Positions 28,558 through 38,682 of a stretch of 64,000 nucleotides of DNA are shown piece after piece (positions within the stretch are counted from its first letter, which is position 1; each line of letters opens with the position of its first letter). The stretch is from an uncultured virus (IMG/VR IMGVR_UViG_3300006620_000021) (Duplodnaviria > Heunggongvirae > Uroviricota > Caudoviricetes). The DNA lies in IMG/VR virus record IMGVR_UViG_3300006620_000021, one strand, 5' to 3'. Below the pieces are notes generated by a model. The model made no database searches. It was given only the letters and a program-made list of their open reading frames with translations, and had not been told where the DNA came from. Made by a program: the position numbers and the translations under genes.

Positions 28558-30305
28558 GAAACCTATACATGTTCCAACCGCAGTATGCGGTAGAAGTTAG
28601 AAAGGAAGACACGTATTGGTTGCCGTACAGTGTCGGTTGTCTTTGGGCATATTGTTTACAATATGGTGACGTTGCTAGTGGATATCACTTAAAAGATTTT
28701 ATTTTTAAAAGAGAGAATCCCGAAGAACTTGTTGCACGATTGGAGGATCCAGTAGTGTGTGCATTTAGTACATATATTTGGAATGAGCAATACAATTTAC
28801 ACGTTGCTAAGTTAATAAAACAGAAATATCCAGAGTGCGTTATAGAATTTGGTGGACCTCAAGCAACCGAGAAACTTGTAGAGCATGACTTCATCGATTG
28901 TATTATTGTGTCTGAAGGTGAGCAATCATTTTTAGATCTTCTTCGGAAGATAATAATGCATGAACCTTATGAGAGAATCTATAAAAAAGAACGGATAGAA
29001 GATCTAGACTTTCAAAGTCCCTATCAACTGGGAGTGTTCAATAAAATAGTTGCAGATAATCCTGATGTTCTTTGGTCTATGACGATAGAGACCAATAGGG
29101 GATGTCCTCACAGATGCACTTATTGTGACTGGGGTGGAATGACATACCAAAAAGTTAAGCACTTTGAATTGGAAAGAATTCAACATGACATTAACTGGGC
29201 AGCAAGACATAATGTTGGATTCATATTCAATGCGGATGCAAACTTTGGAATGTTCAAAGAAAGAGATCTTGAGATCGCCAAACTATTTCGTGCTGCAGCA
29301 GATCGAGGTAAACTAGAAGCGATTAATGTTCAGTATTCAAAGAACTCAACAGAAGTTATTTTTGAGATTGCTCAAGTTCTCGGTGACATTAGTAGGGGTG
29401 TGACTCTCAGTGTTCAAAGTATGAATGAACCAACTCTTAAGTCTATTAAGAGAAAGAATATGAGCATTAATAAAATATCCGAACAAATTGAGAAGAGTAA
29501 AAAATATGGAGTTAAAACATATACCGAACTAATTTTAGGACTTCCAGAAGAGACCTTGGATTCTTGGAAAGATGGATTTGCACAAATCCTTGAATGTGGT
29601 CAACACGAATCTATTGACGTTTGGTTCTGTCAAATGTTTGGTGACACTGATTTGAATAGTGCATTATCTAGAGAAGTTCATGGTATCAAAACTATTAAAG
29701 CAGAAGACTACATGTCTTTCAGTAAAGATGATCATGACATTAAAGAAGTCATTGAGTTAATCTCAGAGACCAACACAATGACTAATGATGAACTTATTGA
29801 AGCATATCTTTATGGTTGGTTAGTGATTCAATTCCATATTGCAGGATACACTCAACTTGTCGCCAAACATTTAAATAGTTTGGGAATAGGATACAGATCT
29901 TTTTATGATAAATTATTTGCTTATATAAAAAATGATTCTGGTGTTATTGGAGATCACTATCGAGAGATTGAAAAATCAGTATCTCACTACATGAAGACTG
30001 GTAAGATCTTAGATCAAGGCAAGCACGGACACACTCTTCATGCCGCAAGTTTTGCCTTTATGTTCAGAAATAAGGAAAGTATTTTTGATATTTTATCTGA
30101 CTTAAATTTGGTTACTAATGATACTTTAAAACTCCAAAGAGCATTTATCTTTGATGAAGATACTGAGTATCCATATCAACTAGAGTGTGGAACTGATAAG
30201 TACACTGTGGATACTGAGTTCAAAGAATTTGACAGAAACGATCCACACACCGTGTTTATTTTGAGACGCAAAGGTCTACTGAAGAATCAACTATGTAAGG
30301 TTTAA
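28554..30305 (+). CDS. Cobalamin-binding radical SAM enzyme 2
   Basis: Same architecture with ETNRGCPHRCTYCDW; ATGA-coupled to enzyme 1. Confidence 0.9.
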   Translation: MRNLYMFQPQYAVEVRKEDTYWLPYSVGCLWAYCLQYGDVASGYHLKDFIFKRENPEELVARLEDPVVCAFSTYIWNEQYNLHVAKLIKQKYPECVIEFGGPQATEKLVEHDFIDCIIVSEGEQSFLDLLRKIIMHEPYERIYKKERIEDLDFQSPYQLGVFNKIVADNPDVLWSMTIETNRGCPHRCTYCDWGGMTYQKVKHFELERIQHDINWAARHNVGFIFNADANFGMFKERDLEIAKLFRAAADRGKLEAINVQYSKNSTEVIFEIAQVLGDISRGVTLSVQSMNEPTLKSIKRKNMSINKISEQIEKSKKYGVKTYTELILGLPEETLDSWKDGFAQILECGQHESIDVWFCQMFGDTDLNSALSREVHGIKTIKAEDYMSFSKDDHDIKEVIELISETNTMTNDELIEAYLYGWLVIQFHIAGYTQLVAKHLNSLGIGYRSFYDKLFAYIKNDSGVIGDHYREIEKSVSHYMKTGKILDQGKHGHTLHAASFAFMFRNKESIFDILSDLNLVTNDTLKLQRAFIFDEDTEYPYQLECGTDKYTVDTEFKEFDRNDPHTVFILRRKGLLKNQLCKV

Positions 30306-30915
30306 GTTTTTCTAATGCTTCGTCCCATAGTATTCTTCTCTCATACTTAGTATTTTTATCCATCAAAGCAATAGTCAGAGAGAATCTACCCTCCCTTGTT
30401 GGATTATGTGAACTGTGTAAATGACCAACATTAACTAAACTGCAAGTTCCAACTTCTACCTCATGCTTTAGTTCTGCAAACTCTTCTCTTGTAACAAGAA
30501 CTTGACCATGATAATGGTCATCAGTTCTATCCCCTACATTGTATTCGCTTCTCTCTGGTATATCGGTACTGACTTGTTCTGCGCTAGTGCTCATTCTTAA
30601 AACAGTATCTGATTCCCAAAATCTCATGGTGCTTCCTTTGGCACCAAATTGAAAGATTAATTTTGCCCAATCGGCATACCATACATTATCAGAGTGTATT
30701 ACTCCGTCCTCTCCTGGAGGCGTGTAAAAAAATTCTATCCATGTAGAAGTAAACCCCATACTGTTCAACCAGGGTTCAATTTTATTATTGCCCAATTCGT
30801 TCAAATCAAATGTTTTATGAAATTCAGGCCAATGGATATTATAAACATCGTACTGTGATGTATCGATATTAGGAACATAGTCCCTAATATCTAAAAATCT
30901 ATGATATGGATTCAT
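30256..30915 (-). CDS. DSBH / Fe(II)-oxygenase-like hypothetical protein
   Basis: FFYTPP...IHSD...VNVGHLHSSHN...RFSLT (HxD...H...R); starts 2 nt after the gp20 stop. Confidence 0.6.
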   Translation of the reverse strand: MNPYHRFLDIRDYVPNIDTSQYDVYNIHWPEFHKTFDLNELGNNKIEPWLNSMGFTSTWIEFFYTPPGEDGVIHSDNVWYADWAKLIFQFGAKGSTMRFWESDTVLRMSTSAEQVSTDIPERSEYNVGDRTDDHYHGQVLVTREEFAELKHEVEVGTCSLVNVGHLHSSHNPTREGRFSLTIALMDKNTKYERRILWDEALEKLKPYIVDSSVDLCVSK

Positions 30916-30917
30916 AA

Positions 30918-32597
30918 CTAAACAATTTCAGGTGCTTCTGTACTGCCTCCGTCTTTTGCACTATCAAGATTTGGTTCTTGAATTGGTGCTCCCAAATCAT
31001 CTCCACCTCCACCTGCGGGAAGTGGTTCTCCAGTTGCAGGATCAATTGGTGCATTTGGATCAGGTATAATCCCTGCTGCAATTTCTTTTTTGATGAGTTT
31101 ATCCTGTTCAATAATTTCTTCATCTGTCTGACGAAGAATCTTACGACGAACGTAATCTTGAGAGTAATACTTACCAATATAAGGTTCTGCAGTGGCAGCA
31201 ATATTAAGTCTCTCAGTCATCAACTCTGCATCTTTCAGTTCAGAGAAGTGGTTGTCATACAGGAAGTCGTATTGAATGTGCTCGGAGATAATTTCCCAAT
31301 CTTCAACACTGACAATGTTTTTAAGAAGTAACTGAGTTCTCAGCATGTCATTAAACATGTTGGAGAATCTCTTTCTCAAACGACCAACAAACTTGGTAAA
31401 CTTCAGTTCGTCTCTCAGGATTTCTGAGGAACGACCGAGATTAAATCCTTCTTGACCACCAATTCTAGATGATGGTACGTTCAGAGAACGGAATAATTTT
31501 TCTTGGAAGTATTTGATATCCGATAATTCACCTAGGTTCTGACCACCAGGTAGTGTGGAGATCTCTGTGCCTCTACCACCTTCGCGACGAGGTAACCAGA
31601 AATCTTCCAGCATACTCATATGCTTTTTATCATCTCTGATCTCTCCCGTCGAAGCATCGTAAACTAGTTTATTACGATAACGCATCATGACATCACGCAG
31701 ATATTGTTCTGCCTTCATCTTAGGAAGATTGCCAACATCAATATAAAAAATTCTACGTTCTGGTGCTCTTGACAAACGATAGATAACCAGAGAGTCTTCA
31801 ATCATTCTAAGTTGATTGAGAGACTTAATTGCTTTGTGTAGATATGAGAGTGTAAGATTTTTATTGCGATCCACCAATCCAGAGGTGCAATATGCAATAG
31901 AATCTTTTGAGAATTTTACACCCTCAGTTGCAGAGTTTCCACCACCTCTAGCAGCAAGATTTCCTACCTGTGCTGACTTGGGGTTGTAAACAAAATATTC
32001 TTGAATTTCTGGGAATCCAGTATCTTTAGGATCCTTTTCTCCGTTTGGATTAAATCTTACTTGATTTCTATCAGTATTCTTTTTGCCCGCTTGACGGACA
32101 AACTTCATTTTTAACGCATCAATATATCTTAACTCTTGAATACCATCTTGAGGATTCTTCAAGTCAATTACTTTATGATAATAAAGTCTTCCATCTACGT
32201 ACCAGTTCCTGTAGATCTCATGACATTTTTTATCAAAGTCTAGTAATTCAAGGATATGCTTGAATTCTTCTCTGATTTTTTTCTTTAGACCATCAGTGAC
32301 ATTGACGTTTGAAAGTTCAATCTCAACTGGACTGTCGTTTGTATCGCTTACAATTGCTTCATTGACAATATCTTCAATCGCACCATCCACTTCTGGATGC
32401 AGTGCCATATCTCTATATCTTCTAATTAGATCATACTCTGATCTATATACACCTTCAATGTCAACATAAGACCCAAAAAACCCACTGGTTAAATAATGGT
32501 CAACCCCGTCCTCATTGTTTTGAGGAACGGGGGAGACCACACCCTTGGGTTTCTTTTCTTCATTATCCTCTATCGAGAATCCAAATAACTTGGCCAT
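30918..32597 (-). CDS. gp20: Portal protein (gp20)
   Basis: IYRLSRAPERRIFYIDVGN and EDFWLPRREGGRGTEI. Confidence 0.99.
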   Translation of the reverse strand: MAKLFGFSIEDNEEKKPKGVVSPVPQNNEDGVDHYLTSGFFGSYVDIEGVYRSEYDLIRRYRDMALHPEVDGAIEDIVNEAIVSDTNDSPVEIELSNVNVTDGLKKKIREEFKHILELLDFDKKCHEIYRNWYVDGRLYYHKVIDLKNPQDGIQELRYIDALKMKFVRQAGKKNTDRNQVRFNPNGEKDPKDTGFPEIQEYFVYNPKSAQVGNLAARGGGNSATEGVKFSKDSIAYCTSGLVDRNKNLTLSYLHKAIKSLNQLRMIEDSLVIYRLSRAPERRIFYIDVGNLPKMKAEQYLRDVMMRYRNKLVYDASTGEIRDDKKHMSMLEDFWLPRREGGRGTEISTLPGGQNLGELSDIKYFQEKLFRSLNVPSSRIGGQEGFNLGRSSEILRDELKFTKFVGRLRKRFSNMFNDMLRTQLLLKNIVSVEDWEIISEHIQYDFLYDNHFSELKDAELMTERLNIAATAEPYIGKYYSQDYVRRKILRQTDEEIIEQDKLIKKEIAAGIIPDPNAPIDPATGEPLPAGGGGDDLGAPIQEPNLDSAKDGGSTEAPEIV

Positions 32598-32630
32598 TAT
32601 AATTTAGGATCGTGGACTATGTACTATTTA

Positions 32631-33233
32631 TCAGTTTATTGCACGACCAGTTTGATCTCTACCGCCATCTGCTGCCCAGTATTGAACCTGGAAGTCAACG
32701 GTATAATCTTCAATAGCGTCAGACGTATCGTAGGAAAGATCAATCTGAGAGATATTGGTTGGGAAGATATCGTAGAATCTATAAGATCTCAATGGGATTT
32801 GAGTATCTGCTACAGTATTCTCCGTAGAGAATCTTTGCTCGCCTCTACCCATTTGGTGAACATATGCATCAACCATATAGGAAGATGGACTGGTAGCGCC
32901 AGTGGCATTATCCAGTTTGCTGATGTGGTTCATCCATTCTTCAAAGGATGTTCTTAATTTGAAGTCCTCATCATTGATGACTGTAACAGTCCAGACATCA
33001 AAGGTTCTGTCTCCAGCAACTTTCAGAACACGTCCTCTAAATGGAACGTCAATCTGTGCAACATTAGATGCAGGCAGTGCTGCAGATTTGCATAGGAAGT
33101 TGAAGGTATCATCATCCCAACCCTGAACAAAGTCAGGGAAGGATGGGATACTTACTTCAAATAAGTTTGGTCTTGCTGCTCCGCCTTGTAATTTAGCTTT
33201 GAAGTCGGAGATAGTTTTAATTGTGCGTGACAT
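32631..33233 (-). CDS. gp19: Tail tube protein (gp19)
   Basis: ARPNLFEV, FRGR.LK.AGDRTF and IFPTNISQIDL. Confidence 0.95.
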   Translation of the reverse strand: MSRTIKTISDFKAKLQGGAARPNLFEVSIPSFPDFVQGWDDDTFNFLCKSAALPASNVAQIDVPFRGRVLKVAGDRTFDVWTVTVINDEDFKLRTSFEEWMNHISKLDNATGATSPSSYMVDAYVHQMGRGEQRFSTENTVADTQIPLRSYRFYDIFPTNISQIDLSYDTSDAIEDYTVDFQVQYWAADGGRDQTGRAIN

Positions 33234-33273
33234 TGGGGTAATTCCTCCGTGTTTATTTAATCAGGACTGGAGA

Positions 33274-36087
33274 TCAAACTCTACCAGCGACTTCTTCAAA
33301 CGAGACGCCAGTTCTCGTTGCAACGAATGTTAGTGTCACGTAGTTAATGGACTTGGCAGGCTTCAGGAAGATGTCTGCTCTAAATTCGTTGTTATCAATG
33401 ATGTCGGGCGTGTTATTTGTCTCGTCGCAAATGACGAGATAGTCATATACTCCGCGCTTCGCTTGAATATCACGGAGGTAAGGTTCAACAATATTTACAA
33501 AGTTAGTTCTTGTAATTTGATCGTTGAACTCAAACAGTTGTGCTTCTGCTGCTTTCTGCAATGCTTGTTCTACTGTTAAGAACAGGCGACGAACGTTAAT
33601 TCTATCGAATGCAGATGCATATGCGAGTGCTGTCTTATCTCCAAAGAGGATTACGCCAGCGCCAGATTGATTGACAACAGAGTTGATTCTTGCAGAATAT
33701 AAAGAATCTCTCTGAGTTTTATTTGGGTTGAATGCAAGTTTAATTGCATTCTTGATTACACCTCTTTGCTGACCTGCAGGTGAGAACCATGGGTAAGCAA
33801 CAAGATTGGTGCGACACATCAGACCAGCAATGTCTCCGTTGGTTGGAATATAACGGAATTGATTGTTGAATCTATCGTAAGTGTACTTATATCCACTATC
33901 AAAGACTGCATAAGAAGAAGAGGAAAGTGGACCGAAGTACTCAAGAAGATTTTGAGTCTGAGTAACTGGATTTGTAATATCTACAATTCCAAATCTGTGA
34001 GGACCAATACATGCAACACAATCCTTTCTACCATCAGCGATGGAGATTAGTTTGTTTGCTTTTGCTTGACTATCATTCAGAGTATCCATTCCAGGACCCA
34101 TGATTAAGTAGTCAACTGCAACGTCTTCTTTATTATTAAAGAGTTCGTAACCAGCAATAATTGCACCAAGATCAGACTTCATGGAGGATGCGGTAGTCTG
34201 ACCACCGTAATCTCTACCTGCTCTCAAGGTATACGTCTTGGAACCAATAGAACTAAAGTCATTGTTAGCAGCAACTCTATCCCACTGTTGGTTGTTGATA
34301 GCATCCTCAACCGCGAATGAAGTTTCGACATCTCCATTTCCAGTAGATCCAGACCAGACTTGTGTAGCCTTTGGTCTATGCTTAATACTGGTTGGTGAAG
34401 TATTGTTGAACAGGTCGTTCTGAGTACTTTGGTTTGTTCCCGCGTAGATATACTTGGAGAAGTTTGCAATGTACTGCTTGTAGAATGTCTTCTGTGGAGA
34501 ATTTACAGCAGACACAGAGTCTGTTGCTTTAGATAGGAACGTATGCTTCTCAAGGATGTTTCCTCGGACGCCAGTAATCTTTCCACTATCATCTACAACA
34601 ACGACGTGCATTTCGTCGTTAAATCCGCCTCTCTCAGCAGCATATGCCGATGTACCTGGTTTTGGTGCAATCGTTCTCCAGTAGATAGTGGAGTTATCAA
34701 GACCAAGTGTACGAGAATTGTACCAGTCATCAACACCAGCGACTACAACTCTAGAGTTGCTTTCAGCAATATTTAAGACAACTTGGTCATCTCTCAGAGT
34801 AGATACGCTAAGTTGAGCATCGTCTCCAGGAGTTACACCACCAACCAGATTTCCTGGAAGTGTGATTACGGTGCCAACAGCATATCCAAGACCAGGAGAG
34901 GTCATTGTGACGGTTCCAATTCCGCCAGTTCCATCTCTGTAAACGTTGAATGTTGCGCCAGTACCAACAGTACTTACGCCTGCAACGTTCAGATAGATTC
35001 CGTTAGATGCAGCAGGAACGCTAGTTGAAGTTGTGAGTCCACTCTTCTCATTGATAGCACCTTGATAAAGGTCAAAACCACCAACAATGGAACCACCGAT
35101 AGATACGGTCTCTCCAACAGTATATCCTGCACCAGCATTAACAATTACTGTGCTAGCAATATTGCCATCAGTATTGTTTCTGGTGATTGTAAATGTTGCG
35201 CCATTTCCATTTGCTGAAGAAGTACCAGCAACACCAGTATAAATTTGTCCTTGCTGACCATTGATTGCTGTAGAGGTTGTAATACCTACTGCAGCGATAG
35301 AGTCTTTAGGAGAAGTTACTAATTCGTTTGAATCAATAAACGTCAATCTTTGATTGGTTAAGAATGATGCATATGTGCTATTCTCTGCGTAAGTAACAGC
35401 AGTCTCTCTTCCAATTTGAGTTCCACCAGTAGCAACTCTGGATTCGATCTTAACAACAATTGCACTAGTATCGATTACACCACCATCAATTACTTGAGTG
35501 ATGATTCCCTTAAGATATCCAGTAAATGGAGTTGTGCGTCCAACACCTGGAATAACAGCACCACTAATATCTACGGTGACGCCATATCCAACGGCAGCAC
35601 CGAGAGCGGTAGCTGAAGTAGTTCCAATACCCAGAACCTGATCACCGAAGTTGTCAACGAAGCAAACTTTAAGATCGTTACCCCACTCTCCAGGGTTCTT
35701 AGCAGCGTAAAGCCAGTTTGGAGCGTCGGTGTGGTTTGCTTGGTAATCGTCGTAATTTTTAATTTTAATGTCTCTGGTTTCGATCAGAGCACCTGCGTTT
35801 GCATTCTTAAGTTCCGCTCCGTCTACACGGACAACCTTCATTACACCACCATAAGATAAGAAGGATGAGGCACTCATCCAATACTCATAATGCTGATCCG
35901 AAGATCTTGGTTGACCAAAAACGTTAATAAGCTCTTGCTCTGTGGATACCGTAGTAGGTTCGTTGACAGGTCCAATCTCAAATGGACCCGCAATTGCTCC
36001 AATGTTATCAAGAACGTTTTCAGCTCTTCCTACGGTTAAATCAACCTCTCTAGTTAATACACCAGGAGATAATTGAGGAGTCGCCAT
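33274..36087 (-). CDS. gp18: Tail sheath protein (gp18), enlarged
   Basis: SPGV..REVD, PWFSPAG, FDRINVRRLF and FEFND. Confidence 0.97.
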   Translation of the reverse strand: MATPQLSPGVLTREVDLTVGRAENVLDNIGAIAGPFEIGPVNEPTTVSTEQELINVFGQPRSSDQHYEYWMSASSFLSYGGVMKVVRVDGAELKNANAGALIETRDIKIKNYDDYQANHTDAPNWLYAAKNPGEWGNDLKVCFVDNFGDQVLGIGTTSATALGAAVGYGVTVDISGAVIPGVGRTTPFTGYLKGIITQVIDGGVIDTSAIVVKIESRVATGGTQIGRETAVTYAENSTYASFLTNQRLTFIDSNELVTSPKDSIAAVGITTSTAINGQQGQIYTGVAGTSSANGNGATFTITRNNTDGNIASTVIVNAGAGYTVGETVSIGGSIVGGFDLYQGAINEKSGLTTSTSVPAASNGIYLNVAGVSTVGTGATFNVYRDGTGGIGTVTMTSPGLGYAVGTVITLPGNLVGGVTPGDDAQLSVSTLRDDQVVLNIAESNSRVVVAGVDDWYNSRTLGLDNSTIYWRTIAPKPGTSAYAAERGGFNDEMHVVVVDDSGKITGVRGNILEKHTFLSKATDSVSAVNSPQKTFYKQYIANFSKYIYAGTNQSTQNDLFNNTSPTSIKHRPKATQVWSGSTGNGDVETSFAVEDAINNQQWDRVAANNDFSSIGSKTYTLRAGRDYGGQTTASSMKSDLGAIIAGYELFNNKEDVAVDYLIMGPGMDTLNDSQAKANKLISIADGRKDCVACIGPHRFGIVDITNPVTQTQNLLEYFGPLSSSSYAVFDSGYKYTYDRFNNQFRYIPTNGDIAGLMCRTNLVAYPWFSPAGQQRGVIKNAIKLAFNPNKTQRDSLYSARINSVVNQSGAGVILFGDKTALAYASAFDRINVRRLFLTVEQALQKAAEAQLFEFNDQITRTNFVNIVEPYLRDIQAKRGVYDYLVICDETNNTPDIIDNNEFRADIFLKPAKSINYVTLTFVATRTGVSFEEVAGRV

Positions 36088-36169
36088 GGATTCTGTCTCC
36101 TTGTAAGTCTCAGTTTATCTGAAAATATTTATTAAAAAGTGACTTTTCACGGGGGAATTGTGACGTGAA

Positions 36170-36394
36170 CTACCAATCTGGGTAACTCCACCTCGCAGAA
36201 TCCTTAGTTTTTCTTTTACATACTCTCTTTTTTGTACAATCTTTACATTCATACGAATATGAAGATGCTACTGCTCCTCTGTCTTTTCTGGTTCTATAAA
36301 ATCCCTCAACTAAATTTTTTGTTTCGCCACAAGTTCTACATTTTCTATCATATAGTAATAAATGACCTAGTTTTAACTGTCCATCTAAGTCCAT
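36170..36394 (-). CDS. Small Zn-ribbon protein, 74 aa
   Basis: CRTC...ECKDC; TAATG overlap with the upstream gene. Confidence 0.75.
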   Translation of the reverse strand: MDLDGQLKLGHLLLYDRKCRTCGETKNLVEGFYRTRKDRGAVASSYSYECKDCTKKRVCKRKTKDSARWSYPDW

Positions 36395-36732
36395 TATCCT
36401 CCACTCCAATCCCAGTTCCAAGGTAACATTGCCAGACCAAAATATGGCATAAGAATATAGTGATCCATTAGAATCAACACAGGTATACCAACACCCAATT
36501 CAATAGCAATCTTCTTTCTTGGAGGTAATGTTTCTAACCACCTTCTATATGGATTATCAGCAACTCTATTTAATTTTAGTTTATAGAATATTTGTTCTGC
36601 CCACCATTGTGGATCAATTACATTCTTAAACCAAATCAAAGGTGTCAATAACCATCTGACTTGCTTTCTATACCTTATTATTAATGCTATTAATAACGTT
36701 GGTATTAAAATTAATAATATAAGATCAATCAT
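36394..36732 (-). CDS. Hypothetical membrane protein, 112 aa
   Basis: Hydrophobic N- and C-terminal segments; ATGA overlap with gp17. Confidence 0.7.
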   Translation of the reverse strand: MIDLILLILIPTLLIALIIRYRKQVRWLLTPLIWFKNVIDPQWWAEQIFYKLKLNRVADNPYRRWLETLPPRKKIAIELGVGIPVLILMDHYILMPYFGLAMLPWNWDWSGG

Positions 36733-38381
36733 CTGTAGTCCCACATATAAGACATGTCACCATATTCATCAGTGTGCCAACGATCTCCATCGGCATCTAC
36801 AAATGAAGTTTGGTCTAAACCATCTTCAATAAAACCAAATGGTGCCATGTCTTGCTCTATTTGATTTTTCTGCTCTTCATATAATCTTTTACGAACATCC
36901 TGATCAGTTAATTCTTTAAAGTAATCTTGTTGAACTAACCAGGCATAGATAACCAGACACATTGCCAAGTCATCATTACATCCATCTTCCGCCTCAAATG
37001 AATTGTGCTTTTGAATGAATGTAGTAAGTTCTGCAATAACATCATAGTCCTTGAAGATCAACTTATCTTCTTCAATCAAAGTCTTAAGGTTCAAGCATCC
37101 AACCTTCTTAACAGTCTTAGACATCTTGACACCAAGTTGTGTCTTCTTACCAGAGAATCCTTGACCAACAATCTGTCCTGCTCTGCCTCTCATAGAACAC
37201 ATCAGAACATTCTCATATTCTAAGTCAAAGTTTAGAATTGCAGCAACCTGATCTCCAACATCATTGACTTCACATAATACATATGCTTTATTATAATTAT
37301 CTGCTACTTCTTTGATGATGCTGGGGAATAGCATCGGTTTGATTTCATTATTCCTATACTTGCATACTAATTGGTGTGGGAATGATGTGATATCAATAAC
37401 AGTAAATGCAGAATAGTCACCACCTACTCCTCTTGCAACGTCAACAGAGATTACATAATTATGATCTTGTATTACATCCGTAAATACATCTAATCCCTGA
37501 TGTGATATTGATGGTTGCTCATAAACCATCGTTCTTAGTTTGCTTGGAGCAATAAGAGTATCAACAGATCCTAGGAATTCGCACTCAAACTCAACCTTGA
37601 ACTGCTGTTCAGAAGTGTTTGCAATTGTTTGCTTTTTCCACTTATCATCTCTACCAGGAACATCACTCCAGTGAACCTCTGTAGGAATATATTCATTCTT
37701 CTCTCGCTCAGCATCATGCCAGAGTTTGTAAAAATGATTCATACCGTGAGGCGTACTCACGATAATAACTTTGGTGTTTTTACCAGATGAAATTGTAGGA
37801 TATACTGAACTGAAGAACTGATCAGCAATATGATTTGCAACGAACGCAAATTCGTCCAGGAAGATGATGTTGTAAGATCCACCACGAACTGCAGATGCAG
37901 ATGTAGATGCCGCGATAATCTTCGACCCGTTCTCTAGTTCAAGAGATGCTTTGTTCCAGGTTAAAACACCCTGCTGTAACCACTTGGGAAGATTTTCATA
38001 TGCAGTTTGCAATCTATCTAACAGGTCTTTAGCAGTAGACGCTTTGTTAGCAAGAATTGCAATATTTACGTTGTCGTTGAAGATTGCATAATGAAGCAAG
38101 TAAGATACGACAATGGTTGACTTACCAGACTGTCGTGGTAACTTACATATATTAAAACGGTTATGATGGAATCGATCCAACATAACCTTTTGGAATTCGT
38201 ATGGTTTAAAGTTCTGCAGACCATAATCCAGAGTAACAATCTGGATATAGTTCATTGCAAAGTACACTGGATCATCAATACACTTTGCAAACTCAAGAAC
38301 TTGTTCCTGAGTAAACTCTTGAGTTGTATTTGCTTTTTTTAGTAGTGGATTGCCAAGATAATGATCAACTTTCTGAGCCAT
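36729..38381 (-). CDS. gp17: Terminase large subunit (gp17)
   Basis: PRQSGKST, FLDEFAF, VSTPHG and DDLAM. Confidence 0.98.
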   Translation of the reverse strand: MAQKVDHYLGNPLLKKANTTQEFTQEQVLEFAKCIDDPVYFAMNYIQIVTLDYGLQNFKPYEFQKVMLDRFHHNRFNICKLPRQSGKSTIVVSYLLHYAIFNDNVNIAILANKASTAKDLLDRLQTAYENLPKWLQQGVLTWNKASLELENGSKIIAASTSASAVRGGSYNIIFLDEFAFVANHIADQFFSSVYPTISSGKNTKVIIVSTPHGMNHFYKLWHDAEREKNEYIPTEVHWSDVPGRDDKWKKQTIANTSEQQFKVEFECEFLGSVDTLIAPSKLRTMVYEQPSISHQGLDVFTDVIQDHNYVISVDVARGVGGDYSAFTVIDITSFPHQLVCKYRNNEIKPMLFPSIIKEVADNYNKAYVLCEVNDVGDQVAAILNFDLEYENVLMCSMRGRAGQIVGQGFSGKKTQLGVKMSKTVKKVGCLNLKTLIEEDKLIFKDYDVIAELTTFIQKHNSFEAEDGCNDDLAMCLVIYAWLVQQDYFKELTDQDVRKRLYEEQKNQIEQDMAPFGFIEDGLDQTSFVDADGDRWHTDEYGDMSYMWDYR

Positions 38382-38400
38382 AATTTAATTAGTTAAATTT

Positions 38401-38658
38401 TCAATATCCAGTTTCTGATGCGCCAACTTGTGTACCAGTAAGAGTTGCTGCACCTCTCAAACCTTGACCAGCAATTAAATGGATTAAAACTCCACTTGAT
38501 GCGGGGACACTTATTGATCCAAGATCAGCATCATCAGCAGCATTGCGAAGAGTGACATTAGATGCACTGGTAGCAGTGTTAGACACCCAGACCGCAGTTG
38601 CTGAAGTAAATTTTGTTGTTCCTGCTGCCAAGGCAGTGGCATCTCCTAAGATCTTCAT
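38401..38658 (-). CDS. Small Ala/Gly/Thr-rich hypothetical protein, possibly virion-associated
   Basis: 85-aa ORF after a TAAATA element, with a GGT SD-like site. Confidence 0.7.
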   Translation of the reverse strand: MKILGDATALAAGTTKFTSATAVWVSNTATSASNVTLRNAADDADLGSISVPASSGVLIHLIAGQGLRGAATLTGTQVGASETGY

Positions 38659-38682
38659 TGTTCTATAGTTTTACCTTATATA

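Noticed and set aside
292..38381. Inteins, introns or homing endonucleases in gp43, gp46, uvsW, gp20 or gp17
   Set aside because: All are uninterrupted and of ordinary length; no splicing, LAGLIDADG or GIY-YIG motifs were seen.
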